NCBI GenBank assembly: GCA_023515725.1
Contig: JALDTO010000247.1
Span: 62,001-126,000, forward strand
Direction of reading: 5' to 3'
Length of the DNA: 64,000 nucleotides
Source: Amoeboaphelidium protococcarum X5
Lineage: Eukaryota; Fungi; Aphelidiomycota
Below are positions 50,514 through 64,000 of the stretch, one piece after another. The translations under genes and the position numbers were made by a program. Below the pieces are notes generated by a model. It was not told where the DNA came from. It saw only the letters and a list, made by a program, of their open reading frames with translations, and did no database searches. How positions within the stretch are numbered: position 1 is the stretch's first letter; each line of letters opens with the position of its first letter.

Positions 50514-53347
50514 ATGTCATAAGTAATCAGCCCACTGAACAATAATAAAGTGGTGAACAGTGTGGCTCATTACTGTTACTCTGTGGTGACTCGTGTCGGT
50601 AATAACACTGCTTACGCTGCATGTTAGGCTAAAACAACGCTCTACAGTATGGTATAGGTGCTTTCCAACAGTGGCTCAATCATAAGGCAGCATACGTGGA
50701 AAGCTAATCAACTGTCTTCTGGTGTTGACCTGCCTTATGGTATCGCAGTGAATCATTAAACTGGTGATATATACGTCACTGGTCAGGTTAAGAATATTAT
50801 CAATGGCTACGTGTATGTAACACGTCTACTGAACGATGGCTCTGTGGCGTGGACGAAAACTTATGGTACATCTGGCTTGGATAATATTGGCTGGAATATA
50901 TAGCTATTCGCATCCAAGAATATAATCACAGTGACTGGATAGACTAAAGATGATCCTTTGAGCTCTTCTAAAGGTATAGATGGTTAAGTAATGTCTATTA
51001 ACGCCTCTGATGGTAATCTTTTGAATCGTATCATCATTGATCTTGGTACTGACGATTAAATTAGATCCTCAGTTAATTAGGATGATCTTAATTTGGTTGT
51101 TGCTGGCAGTGTCTTGTAATCTAGTTAACGAAAGGGATTCATCGCTAGTTATGCTTTATCATCATCTGGGAGCTTCACTTTGAGATGGCAGAGAACGTTC
51201 TTCACCAGCAGCTTGACCGAGTTTAAAACTGTGAAACTTTACCGTGGCTATTTGTATGCTGGTGGAATTTGGAATGGTTTATATACAAATGATGTGGCAA
51301 CGTATTTTAGCAATGCCGGTGATGCCACTCTAGTTGTAAGATATGGTCTGGATGGCACATTGGATCCTAGATTCTTTGTGTATTATTAGCAGTTTCACTG
51401 TAAACTCTATGATATTCACATTGATCTGTCTTCCAATAAAGTTATGAATGTTGGCAGTGTTGATGTTTACTCAGATTCTAATTGGGCTGGCAATTTGATG
51501 CTGAACGATTTTACTAATTTTGATGACAACTTCTATTATCATTGGTTTGAACTTGATAGTGGATCCAATTTTGCAATGGTATTTACATCGATGACGATGC
51601 TTGATGATCGTACCGTGATAATTGTTGGGGCGAGTGATCTGCTGCTAAATGGAAATGCGATTATATTGGTAAATAAGGACTTACCGTTAGCCAAAACATT
51701 GGCGGCTCCCTATTAGGCATCATATTTACCATCTGTTACTACTATGACAACAAAGCCTACTACTACTATCACCTCAACGACGACTTCTACTACTACCACT
51801 ACGACAACAACAACTACTACTACTTCTACTACTACTACGACAATAACAACGACTACCACCACAAAAACTACTACTACTACTACACCGATAACAAAATCGA
51901 CAACAACAAGTACTGCCACTATTACATCACTGCATTCCATTACTGCGACATCAGTCACACCTTCAAGAACCTCCATTACAAGCACGATTACTCCTAATGT
52001 AACTACTCTAGCATCTGTCAGTACATCCTTGTTGCCATCAAGCAAATGGAATTCCTCTACATCTGCACTGACAACAACTACATTCTCTAGTTCAGTACTG
52101 AATGCATCATCCACCTTTGCTTCACTGTCTCTCACTAGTGACTCTCTGACAATGTCCACTCTGGTTAGTTCATATGACGCGGTAACTAGTTCAATGTCCA
52201 GTGCATTGTCTACTGCTTAACTGCCTACAACGAGCTCGAAAACTTCATCTGGAACTGGAATTTAATTTACTTTCGGTTCTGATATTATTTAGAGCACTAA
52301 TTAGAGCGAAGACGTACTTTCCACTACTTATCCGGATGTTTAGTCGAATCCGAATCAGTCTCTAAGTATGGTTAGTGCATACGCGTTGATTGCGACTATT
52401 GCACTTATCGCTGTTCTTGCTATAGGAGCTGCGTACTTTGTAACTAAGAGGAGACTGCGCAAAATGGTTAGAGAGGCCAGAGGTTCACCGTAGATGAACC
52501 ACAGTACTACTTACTCCTTGGTTAATAGTGCAACTCACACGGTTCCCTACTCAAGTACAACTATGTAAGAGACAACGATTTAAGCATCCAATATAATTGC
52601 CATCCCAGTATTTATGCAAGCACAGTGTGGAGTAGATTTTAGGACATCCAAGTTGTTGACCAAGGGTGGTGTTGGCTCTATTTACTTTGCTGAGGTGTTG
52701 AAATCATCACTTCAATATAGAGTTCCAGCTGGTGCTAAGCTAATATTCAAATAGATTGCTCGAAGTACTCGTATGTTGACAGATAATTAGCGTGCTATCT
52801 TCCTCCAAGAGTTGAGCATAATGTACAGATTCAGAGATGATCCAAGGTTTGCTTATATCTACGCCTATAGTGAAGAACCAGCTGGTTTACTTTTGAAGTT
52901 CTATGAGCTTGGCTCCATGAGGAATTACATTCATGGAGAGAGCAAGATGGCCTCTTAATTCGGGTATTCAAAGCGGTAAGTACTTTATCTGGTGAAGACT
53001 CTCTCGTAGGCTCTATTAATTATGCATTAAAGCGGCATCGTTCATCTGGATATAAGCCTGATAACGCTTTGTTGGATTATGATGCACAGAGTGGGATGAT
53101 ATTCTCCGTACTAACTGACTTTGGATTGTCAAAGATTGTGGATGAGCAGTCGCTTAAAGTCAAGGCTTTCCACACGGGTAAGATTAAAGGTGCCTCCATA
53201 AGTTACGCGGCACCTGAGATTTTGCACTAATTACGCAATACAACTCCTGCTGGGTAAGAAATTGTGTCATATTTAGCAGCTGATGTTTACGCTGTTGCAA
53301 TAGTTACGATGTAACTGTTAAAACGTCGCAATGTGTGGAGCAGGTGA
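50514..53347 (+). pseudogene. Receptor-like protein kinase (beta-propeller-like ectodomain, Thr-rich stalk, TM, kinase) with a 1-nt frameshift in the catalytic loop; 5' end uncertain
   Basis: KGGVGSIY, FLQELSIM and GIVHLDI lie in one frame; PDNALL, LTDFGL, YAAPE and ADVYA lie in the shifted frame after about 53054. Confidence 0.8.
51737..51930 (+). repeat. ACN (poly-Thr) coding repeat, mucin-like stalk
   Basis: Degenerate ACT/ACA/ACG/ACC runs. Confidence 0.85.
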
Positions 53348-53466
53348 CTTCAATTTATATGACTGTAATTAATGATGCTTGAAGTTCATTAAAGAAATAT
53401 TGATGATAATGGCTTAAGATTTAATTATCCTTACAACTTTGATTCAAATTGACATTCAATTAATAA

Positions 53467-54550
53467 TCAAAACTTGTAAACATTATCCTTGGTAAATCCC
53501 AACTTACCAAGCAAGGAGTTAGGATCAACTTCTCCCTGAGACTTGTCAGGATTCTTATCACCAGACATGCCCTTCATAAAGCCAGGCGGTCCACACACCA
53601 GAACCATAGAGTCCTTCTCGGAAACCTTTGGCATATTGGCCTTCTTTAACTTCTTCTCATCAATGTAGCCCACGAATCCCTTCCATCCATCTTCAGCCTT
53701 GTCCACAGTGTAGAATAGCTTGAACTGATTTGGGTGCTGCTTTGCCAGCTGATCCAACTCATCCTTGAGCAGAATGTCGCGCTATGACTGGTTGGCAAAA
53801 ATCAGAGTAACCTTGGTCTTATCAGCAGGATTACCAAGAATCTCGCGGATAATCTACAAAGCTGGTGTTAATCCACTGCCTCCCATCAGGAATCCCAAAT
53901 GCTTCCACTTGTTCTCCTCATACTTGATCTTGCCCAGAGGTCCTTTGAAGAGCAGAGTATCGCCAGGTTTCATGAGGCTCAAATGCTTAGACATGACACC
54001 ATTCTCATACGTCTTCACCACCAGATCGACATGGCCCTTGGCGTGACGTTCGCTCACTGGAGTGTAGGGACGAATGGTTGGCTCAATCTTCACCGTACCA
54101 TCCTCCTTCTTGACTGCACAGTCAGCCTTGACCAACAGACAGCTGGCCACGTTCAAACCCAAAGTCTATTCCGGATTATCAAACTTGAATCTGTACAAGT
54201 TGGTGTTGTAGTTCACGGGCTCCACCTTCTCCAGTGTGAGTGGAGTGAACTCTTTCGGACTGATTGCGTACTGCTACTAAGGCTGTGCATCAGCGGCGGA
54301 ATGAGACAATAGCTTCTTACCATTGCCGCCAAGTGGAGATCTCTTGCCGCTGAACAAGTACTTGGTAAACACTGCACCAACACCCACCAGAAGAACACCA
54401 CCCCAAAACCAAGTCTTTTTATAGAACGGAGCATCAACAGCACCTCCGCTAGAAGTGGAATTAAAGCGCAACTACAAAATTCAACACTTAAACAATTAGT
54501 TCCGCTAACTGACGTCATCTTACCTATTTAATTGACTACAACTTTGACAT
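53467..54550 (-). CDS. MCR1: NADH-cytochrome b5 reductase, mitochondrial; intron 54472-54523
   Basis: IRPYTP, GVMSKHL, GGSGLTP and VCGPPG motifs; N-terminal TM anchor. Confidence 0.92.
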
Positions 54551-54813
54551 GCTGACGCGCTGAAGTATTTTGTATAGCTAATCAGAGATTAAGAGTAAGC
54601 AGATGATAGAGTCGGCACTAAACAGGGAGGAAGAGATGAGGAGAGGAAGAGCCGTCTCGGAGCGCGCGCGTTTCATTTGATCAAGCCGATCTGTATGACG
54701 ATGACGAATAGTAAAGAACTAACTGCTTTTCTAATATGGAAGCAATTACGGAATTAATAAAGTAAAAAGACAAACTATGAAGTATCAAGTAAAGGTTTTC
54801 ATACTGATTAAAA

Positions 54814-57800
54814 TCATTCTTGAGTTACAAGAGTGAACGAGTACTCTTGATCACAGCCTACCCAGCTATCAGACAGGAGGAGAAGCTGGTACTTGTGCTC
54901 ACCGCCTTCACTTGGAACTTGAAATTGAAGTTTAGCAATGAAGTCATAGACAAATAGCACGCGCTTAATGGAAACCAATTCATTCGGGTTGCCTTCATTG
55001 TGTTTACCAACAATAAGCCACCATCCTTCCTGACGCTCCTTATCAGGATAGTTGATAGTGAGCACTGGCGGCAAAGACTCTTCCTTTTTAGGATGGTCAC
55101 CATCATCTTTCTACTGCATAGCAATTTCTCCTTCTTAGTCATTATCTTCAGAACTATTACCATCTTAATCACGACTGAGATGTACATCAATAGTCACAAT
55201 AGATCCAGCGTCAACAGTCACTTGCAAATTGTCCTAATGCTGAGTTCCATTTACAGCAAACTACATTTCAATCTATGGATATCTGTTGGCAGTCTCTGCT
55301 ATCATCTAAACTTGATCTTCAGAAAGGCCTTCAAAAAGTTGCTCTCTAATAGAGTCATCCACTTCAGCTAGATCATAAATGGATTCTATACCAAAATCTG
55401 ATGCCTTCTATAATCTATTCGCGTCGAAGAATGGCAGCTATTTCAACGGACCATCTCTATCAGACCACATTGACTGAATCAGCATTTAGCACAGTTCAAT
55501 TGAAGTTATCACAGAGTCAAGCATCTTTGCAGTGGACAGCACATCAACCAAAGCATACACTAGATTAACCGATAGTGGGAGAATCTTCTGGTCAAGGACC
55601 GCTTTCAACTTGGCAGATATCTTCACTCTACTGAAATAGGCTTAGAGTAGAGTGAAAATAACAGTCTTGGGATCACTAAAGTTAATTCTACCACGATCAT
55701 CAGCAGCCAACTTAAACACGCAATGCTCATACAAAGACTTTATCTACGATTTATCCAGCTTTGAGTTGTTCTGTAGAGTGGAGAACTCGGCAGACATTGC
55801 CAGCATTTCCAACAAGACTTTCAACTTCATCTGAGGACTTGCAGACTGAGAGAACATGTCGATAGTCAAGTATTCAATTCCGTGATAAGAGGCAATTAGG
55901 CCAAGACTTTGTGGTATTACCTCCTCTCCATCTTGAGCCAAATCAATACATTGCACTTCTTGCAGATCTCCTATTACAGTTTCAACAGCCTCTGACAGGA
56001 ACTCTGAAATGTGTCCAGCATCATTCTTGATCAGGTTATAATAGTTTGGATTCTTATACAATCTGCGCATCCAGAAGGACAATGACAAGAACTCCACAGC
56101 CTCTTGCTAATTTTCAACAGACTTGTTACATATCTCAGCATTTAGGAAATTGTGCAAACCTTGGACCAGCGTACTCTCAACAGGTAATACTTCTTTTACT
56201 ACATCACGTAAACTATCAACTGAAGGAGCAAAATTAAAGACGGATTCTTCTTGACATCCCAGCCAAGTACCTAAATCTTTAGCATTAGCAATAGGATGCC
56301 CAGTAGCCACAATACTAATCGCTGACTCTAACTAAAGCTGAATGTATTTCATCCGCATAATGCACTATTCTAAGCAATAGCCATCAGAACTATCCTTGAT
56401 TAAATGTATATCGGATACCACACATAGACTGATATTTTATAGGAATTCTATAGACTTCCATCGCCGAGATAAAACTTCAAATGAACTTGTACATGCCAAT
56501 AGAATATCTGCTTCATTCAGCTTCTCAACGTTGACATCTGTAAATTATTTTTACCAATACATTTATACATTGAAGAGCTGAGCCAATTTTTGCAGCCTCT
56601 AGAAAGACTCTTTAGCACTCTGCTCATTCAGAGATATGACAACAATTTTGCCGTTTGCTGATTAAGAGCTATCACTGGCCATATCAAGACTCTTTAAGTA
56701 CAATATTAGAGATAAATCCTGGATGATACTTGCATTGGATGACACTGAAGAAGTGACCAATAAACTTTAATGCAGACCATTTTCCATAATATGATTTAAC
56801 ACCACAGATGTGGCGGCATCAAATGAGTCAACAGTGTATTAATCATGAAAATACTATCGTAATTCCTAAGTGAGTACAGAGTCCACAGAAACGCAAGGAT
56901 AATCCTATGGAACTTCAATAAATCTATCAGCAGGCGGAGGTAGAATGAGATTCTTGAATGATAGAGCGATACGGCTCTCTGACTTTATCCAAGCATCAGA
57001 CACGACACTGACAAAGTAATTAGGATGTAGAGGCATCAGGACAGGAACGAAAAACGATACAGATTGCTGATCTTCCATATAGTCTGGATACAATACAAAC
57101 TGCTCATAGTGTAATACACTAGAACCGTCACCATCGACAACGAGTATCCAAAAAGTTTCACCGCCAGGATTATGACTTTATTCATCGAATGTGAAACTGG
57201 CACCAAGTTAAAGCTCAATCTTCAACTTTTACATAGTTATCGGCTGTATAGAAGCTTGCACATCCAAGCGCGGAATCTGCTGTATAGCATCCTTCAATAC
57301 TCTACCCGCCTTGGGATTCCTGACCAGCTCCCCAAGTTCTTGAGGATTAAGTAGCACCAACTTCGACCATGGAAACTCTTTACGCTCCAAACGGCGCAAA
57401 ATGTCTGTATCTACAGATCCTGGTAATTAACGCAGCGGAGTCATCACGGACCACATCCTCCGATGAACCATCTTACATAGCTCCAGAGACTGAGAAGTTG
57501 CATATGCCCACTTCTTATGCAGGCAAATTTCAAACAAAGCTCTCATTAGACGGCCAGCACTCTGCGTAATATAAATCATATCTGACATTAAAGAAAATAA
57601 CTCCAACTTGAGTTGACTGATGTAGCATTGCAATAGAACATTGACTTTTGCAAGAGGATCTTCAGCTGGCTCCGCAACAGGAATAGGAACTTGTTCGATC
57701 AGCCTTGACATCTCCACACGCTCCTCCAATCGAACGGTGATGAACTTGAACTCTTCGCTCATTGCGAAAATTCTAAACAACTCCAACATACCACATCTGG

Positions 57801-60729
57801 CATCCATATGCTTAATGTAAGTAACCATAGACTCATGAGCAATGTAGTAATAAGATGCAATTCTACCAAGTTCATTCGATGTAATATCACCACTTTATAC
57901 ATCATAATGCAGTAGATGTGACTAGCTGAGAATCATCAACGCCGTATGAACTAATTAGACTCTTTTCTAATCGAGCTGCGGATCTTCTTAAATCTCCTTC
58001 TCAGATATAAAGTAAGTAGACGGTGACTTACGCATTCTAGTGAATAGATACGTGTACTCTAACCAATCAATAGCCTCATCACGATTCTTCACAGTCCCGG
58101 CTACAATCTCGGCATTCAAGATATCCGGCAACTTGGCAATAAGCTAACTCTCAATTGGTAATTGTGTATTGAGCAGTGACAAGTAAAACTACAACTCATC
58201 CTGAGTAGTTATAATTATACCCTCACCAAACGTGTCATACTGTGGACGACCAGCTCTTCCTAACATTTATAGAACATCCTGAGGTGATAACTCTATCCAG
58301 TCTCCTTTCTCAGGCGAATATACTTGCGTACCTTTAATGATCACCGTATGTGCAGGCAGATTGACACCCCATGCCAGTGTAGCTGTGCTGACAAGAACTT
58401 GCACATGCCTGTCGGCAAACAAATCTTCAACCAGAGACCTGTCTGACCGGCTCATTCCGGCATGGTGAATAGCAAAACCATATGGCAACAAATCTGCCAA
58501 GTCTTTATTTTTACAGTTTCCGGCTTCATTTCTCAATATTTCTCTACTCTGAGACTGAGAGTGAATAAATGCTCCACTCTGATTCTTCTCCACTGCCTAA
58601 TCTCTCAAAAACTTGGCAGTCTTGGCCGTGTCTGAGCGTGAATGAACAAAGACAATCATCTAGTTCTTACCAGCTTCGGCGATGACCTTGTCATAGACAA
58701 TCTAGTTCATAATGCGATGCCTCTTCAATGGTCGCTTCTCCGTAATTCCAATGTAATTCTATTGAAGAGGACATGGACGATAAGAATTGTCAAAATGGAA
58801 CAGGCCAACATCATTATTCACATGCAGAAATTGAGCAACATCTTCATAATTTGGTAAAGTAGCGGAAAGGCCAACAAGGCGAACTTAACTTCCAGTAAGT
58901 TCCTGCTGCCTCAATGTCCTGGCCACAATGGACTCCAACACAGGACCGCGGGTGTCATGCAACAGATGTATTTCGTCAATTATCAATAATCGCACCAGAT
59001 TGACATAAGAACCGTCATGAACTTTACGCGTAATGACATCCCACTTCTCAGGGGTTGTCACCAAGATCTAAGTCTCTGCAATCTGGAGCCCAGATAGCTG
59101 CTTGTCACCGGTCAGTTCTGCCACAGATATACCATAAGGCTCGCTTAATCTGCTCCTGAGATTACCAACAACTTCTGCAACTAGCGCTTTCATAGGAGCC
59201 ACGTAGACAATTTTGAACTGATCAGTCTTAAATGATCCATCTTCAGCATTGCGATATCTATCCAGAACATTCAAAATGGTCAATACCGCGACATTAGTCT
59301 TACCAGCACCGGTGGGAGCACATAGAAGAATATTCTCATCTCCAGATCCAAATGCCACCGGATAGAGGCGACTCTATACACGATTAAGAGTTTTCGTGTT
59401 CTTGAAAGCCGCCCTAGTCCACTCTGGCAAACTTGAAATGGATACCAATTGCTCATCTTCAGAGAAAGGGGCAGCTTTCATTGCAGGTATAACAATCTCT
59501 TCATAATCAGCTTTGGTCTTTTTGTATGATCCCTCAGGTAGCATAACTTTTTCATTCGTCATTGTATGCGCACCTTATCTGAACGCCATACCGTGAATAT
59601 CCAACATCTTAAGTGTGGACGTGCCTGCATTATCATTCTCTAATAACATGTCATCGAGATCCGTATATTACACATTAAGCCTTTTCAGAATCCAAGATAG
59701 ACCTTAACGAACCATGTACTCGATCATACCATCTCTCTCAGCGATATCAGCTTCAGACAACTTGATGGCATAGTAGATCAAATCTTTATTGGAAGATAGT
59801 ATTTAAACCAAGTCATGGCACCGATCACCAAGTAGACCATGAAGACCATCGTCACATTCATGCTAGCTGAGTTACAGCGACTGTAAAATCTTCCGAGACA
59901 ATCTCTAGCTTTCCACAGCGGAGAATCTGCCCATCAACAAAGATTACAACCAGCCCGAGTTAATAGATTACCCATCAAGATCCATATCACCCAAGTTTGC
60001 ACTATCAACATCCTTCTACTGATCCTCATCTCTCAGCCCGGCTTCTATAATGCCCTGGATAGCCAAATCATCATCATCGTCATCATTGTCCAATTCTTAA
60101 ACCTCATTCGTGAACTGCTACTATGATGACTATAAATCGGCCGCATCATCTTCAACCACAAGGTCTATAGCAGCTCCCTCAGAGAACTTTTAATAGTTAT
60201 CGCCAGCTAAAGCAGATTGATCAGCAGATACTAACTATTGCAAAAGATCCAAAATTTATGGCAAATCTTCGCTGGACTCAGGACCAATAATTTCTAACAA
60301 ATTCTCTTATAAATTGTCTACAGCACCATCAGCATCACGCACTATCTAGATGCATTCATTGACAATACTCTGACTTAGAAAAGCATATTCAGACGCGTAC
60401 TTTGACACGATACTCAGTAGCTTATCGTACGCTGCATGGCTATCTTCAGTAAGAGGCTAATACGCATACTCATCAGCCAGTTTTAAAGCATCCAAGACTG
60501 AATCAATCTTTTAACCATTCTTGGTACTAACACGCGCACTTTATTACAGAACCGCCTTCTATTAGGAATTCTTCTTCTATCCATCCATCTCATTAGTGGC
60601 AGTAGCACCGCTTCCCAAAGCTCTATCACCCATCATCTACTTCAGATCAACTCTACCGTAAAGAGACACGGCTTCTCCACTCAGCTCTTATTCATCAACA
60701 GTCTTTTTATTCCCTCTCGGTCTACTCAT
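54814..60729 (-). CDS. BRR2: U5 snRNP 200-kDa helicase (1,971 aa, intronless)
   Basis: [14 protein letters not shown] and [21 protein letters not shown] motifs, two Sec63 units, C-terminal [11 protein letters not shown]. Confidence 0.97.
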
Positions 60730-61500
60730 TATTATTTTTCAGTATTTAAATATTTAATTAAGATTAGCCGTTGACCTAGAGTAATAGAAATTGCGCGTCG
60801 TGGACTTTAATCTGGAAAGAAGAAGTTTGAAAGAAACAGACTCGTCAGAGGTTGGCGATCATGAAACGGTTCGCACTCAATGTGATGTTGATAATCATGC
60901 CTTCCCAAGTAACTAACTAGACTGTAGTCAAAGGACATGATTGCAAACTCGGTCCAGTTTGCATTGCTCACTGCTCTTGGTTAGCAATAAAATAATGAAA
61001 ACTGGTCGTGTCATGCAAAGGATGGTGAGAAAATATTCGAGGTGACCCCGCAAAATCAGAATGAAGCTGTGAATAATTTTGAGGAATTGGTTAAATTGGT
61101 TAAAAGCATGAAAAAGGACCCGTCATGATAATCCGTCCTATCCAGTCTAATTGGTATTTGTATTTGACGTTTCATCTGTTTCCTTAGCAGTTTCGCTTAC
61201 GAGTCAAAAGGCTAACTAAAAAGGTAGTTCGACCACTCAATCAAGCGAAGAAACTTCCATCTCTGTCTCGTTCTCGTTCTCGCTCTCGGTCTCCCTCTTC
61301 TTCTCCCGCTCGCTCGTTTGTCTCGTCTTCTCTTCTCTTTTCGTCTCCTTAATGCTGTTCTCGTATGATAGCGTTGGTTTCTCTTTCCTTAAATTTATAG
61401 GTTTTATCTATAAAATATATTCCCTCTTCTCAGTATTGTGGCAGACGTTAGTATAGATAGAGTTGTCAACATTTTTGACTCTATTCCAGACAGACTATAT

Positions 61501-63093
61501 ATGTTAAAATCTGGCTTGAGATTGTCAACTCGGACTCCACTGAAGGGGCGCGGCATTGCACCTTGCTAATTATCCCATAGTCGTTACAGTTATGGCACAG
61601 TTCTCGGTAATGGAGTACGTACTGTGCGCAATGGCGGTAATGTGTTCTATTCTACTGCTAGTAGTGGTGCAGCGAATAATGTGGTATAGTTCAACTTGGC
61701 CGACATTGGGGAAGGCATTACAGAGTGTGAACTTGTGCAGTGGTATGTGAAGACTGGCTCCAAGATTCAGCAGTTTGACAAGATTTGTGAGGTGCAGTCA
61801 GATAAGGCTACGGTTGAGATTACCTCTCGCTATGATGGTATTGTCTCTAAATTGTATTATGAAAAGGGATAGATGGCTAAAGTTGGATCTCCGCTGGTTG
61901 ATATTCAGCTGGAGGGAAGTAGTAATAGTCGCTCTGAAGCTGGATAGTAAGCGCCACCTTAATAGTAATAGTAAGAATAGGTTGTAGTTGAACCGCATGT
62001 AAAGGATGCTAGTGTCAGTTAGAAGGTGAAAGCGGCATCTGCTGAATAACAATCAAATGATCAACGTGTTTACAAAGCTGGTACTGTAAATGAGAACGTT
62101 CTTGCTACTCCTGCAGTTAGACGAATGGCCAAGGAGATGAAGATTGATTTGAATTCTGTCAAAGGCACTGGTAGAGATGGTCGCATAACTAAAGAGGATT
62201 TACTGTCTTATTCTCCTGGTGCCGATTAAGGTACTCAGACGTCCTCCTAATCGACTCCTTAATAATAGTAGCAATCTAACTAATCTTCGTTTTAATCAGG
62301 CGGAAGCGCCAAGTGGAGTGGTCAATAGACTGCGACTACTCCACCTGTTGTCAAACTGACTGGCGTGTAAAAAGCAATGCTGAAAGGAATGTCGCAATCA
62401 TTGCGTATCCCACATTTTGGATTCAGTGATGAGATAGAATTTGATTAGTTGTCAGCATTGCGGGCTGGTATTAATAAGGATCTTGCATTGAATTAGAATC
62501 CTTCTGCTGGTTTAGCAAAGATTTCATTCATGCCTCTGCTCTTGAAATCCTTCTCTGTTGCCCTGTAGCGATATCCTCTACTAAATGCTAAATTACAACA
62601 ATCTGATCAGTTTGAGGATTCTGGTTCTGCATCATTGCTGTACCGCTCGTCTCATAATATTGGAGTCGCTATTGATTCACCGGGAGGCTTGGTGGTGCCA
62701 AACATCAAGGCTGTTGATTAAAAGTCGATCCTGGAGATTGCACTTGACTTGCAAAGACTTGTAGACTTGGCCAAAAAGGGACAATTGCCTCCAGATGCCT
62801 TCAAGGATATCACGATCACCATGAGTAATATTGGTAACATTGGAGGCAGAGTGCTGAGTCCAGTGATTCCTCCTGATACCTTGTGCATCGTGGCCATTGG
62901 TAGAATATAGTCACTTCCTAGATTTGTGAATAATGGCGATGAAGATAGCCTAGTGGTGACTAAAAAGCAGATTGTGACTGCAAGCTTCAGTGCTGATCAC
63001 AGAGTCGTGGATGGTGCCACAGTGGCCAAATTCTTCGCTGAATGGAAGTCTTTGATCGAAGATCCAGCTAAAATGCTAATGAACTTGAGATGA
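61501..63093 (+). CDS. DBT: Branched-chain alpha-ketoacid dehydrogenase E2
   Basis: [36 protein letters not shown] and [10 protein letters not shown] motifs. Confidence 0.95.
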
Positions 63094-63204
63094 ATATAAA
63101 ATAAAGCTGGTAACTTCTGTCTCTAAAATCTGAAATACCTTTTCTTTATTAAATGTAGATTGATATTCAATGATCAATTTAGATCACTAATTCACTAATG
63201 ATGT

Positions 63205-64000
63205 TCATGCAACGTCTTCTAGAGACAATTCTGCAAACATTTCATTGCGTGCCTGGGTGTTATCAGGAAGAGACACGTTGGCGCCCAGTTCACAATTGAT
63301 CAAGTTACATCCTTTGCCAATGCGCACTCCTTCCCCCACAATGCAACCTTCTAATTTAACATCCTGTTCTATAGTGACATAATTGAAAATTATCGAAGAG
63401 TTGATCTTGGACTTGGTGCCTATCGATACATGGCTACCAACGACGGACTTTTTGACTATTGCTTTGGCTTAGATGTTTTGCAGACTAGACGGCTCCACCA
63501 TAGAGTCTGGAGAGATGATGGCCACACCGCCTTGATTTCCTCCTCCACCGCCACCACCACTGCCTACCTGTTAGACGTTCGCGGTATTACCACCAGCAGA
63601 CGGGGCACGTTTCTCTGCGTGCTTGATTCTAGCCAGATGTCGATTTAGCTCAATGAATGATTGTAGATCATTAGCACGCACGCAATATGTTGGCTATGAC
63701 CATTAAGATGCAGAGTCGATAAAAGAAGCTTCCATAAAGCTCTGATCGGTCGATACTTTCTATTGACTGGCAGTCGCTGGTGGCGTGTACAGCTGGGTTG
63801 GAATATTGGTCAAGGATTATCCGAATCTATTCATCACCAAAGTGCAACCAATCACTCTGATAGTGGAGTACTTTTAAAGCATCTTTGCCGCATCTTGCAG
63901 TCCCATCTCTGCCGACTCTTTCTAGAACTATTGCAAATCAAGAACATCAGACACAGAGTTCTGACCTTCTTCATTATCTACGGTACCAACATCTGCAGTG
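63205..64000 (-). CDS. GCD1: eIF2B gamma subunit, C-terminal part (5'-truncated by window edge)
   Basis: YCVRANDLQSFIELNR followed by left-handed beta-helix hexapeptide repeats (KKSVVGSH...LEGCIVG). Confidence 0.8.

Noticed and set aside
51737-51930. Repeat arrays as CRISPR-like or guide arrays (also 5140-5169 and 24305-24343)
   Set aside because: Simple coding trinucleotide repeats (Thr, Ser, His/Gln) with no repeat-spacer structure.
60937-61128. 63-aa ORF between BRR2 and DBT
   Set aside because: Short, with no recognisable motif, and expected by chance under a one-stop code.
1-64000. Mass pseudogenisation suggested by frequent in-frame stops in the ORF track
   Set aside because: The stops are TAA/TAG at conserved Gln positions, and genes are continuous under table 6.

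Overview
Gene-dense, intron-poor eukaryotic (fungus-related opisthokont) nuclear DNA using a non-standard code: TAA and TAG are read as Gln and only TGA stops (translation table 6). The supplied standard-code ORF track therefore fragments nearly every gene. Fungal-type gene content plus this code points to an aphelid such as Amoeboaphelidium protococcarum (inference). Retranslated, the window holds about 30 genes: eIF3e, Derlin, SLC38 transporter, GT10 fucosyltransferase, Vrg4, Erv29, Cce1/Ydc2-like resolvase, EF1B with an intronic U18 snoRNA, ISWI, Ash1-type GATA genes, EIF1AD, bZIP, ING, AC19, CEP350-like and CCDC66-like proteins, AKTIP, carnitine acetyltransferase, a frameshifted receptor-like kinase, Mcr1, Brr2, DBT, eIF2B-gamma and tRNA-Trp. 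Two apparently intact mobile elements stand out. (1) A 2,845-bp TA-flanked, TIR-bounded element (28481-31325) encodes only a 771-aa Fanzor1 (TnpB-like RuvC) nuclease, with a structured candidate omegaRNA at its 3' end, so a guide and TAM can be predicted. (2) A 2,757-bp Crypton-like tyrosine-recombinase element (14565-17321) with 5-bp TTGTA direct repeats splits a mitochondrial PPR gene. All translations and coordinates were derived by hand and no database searches were run.
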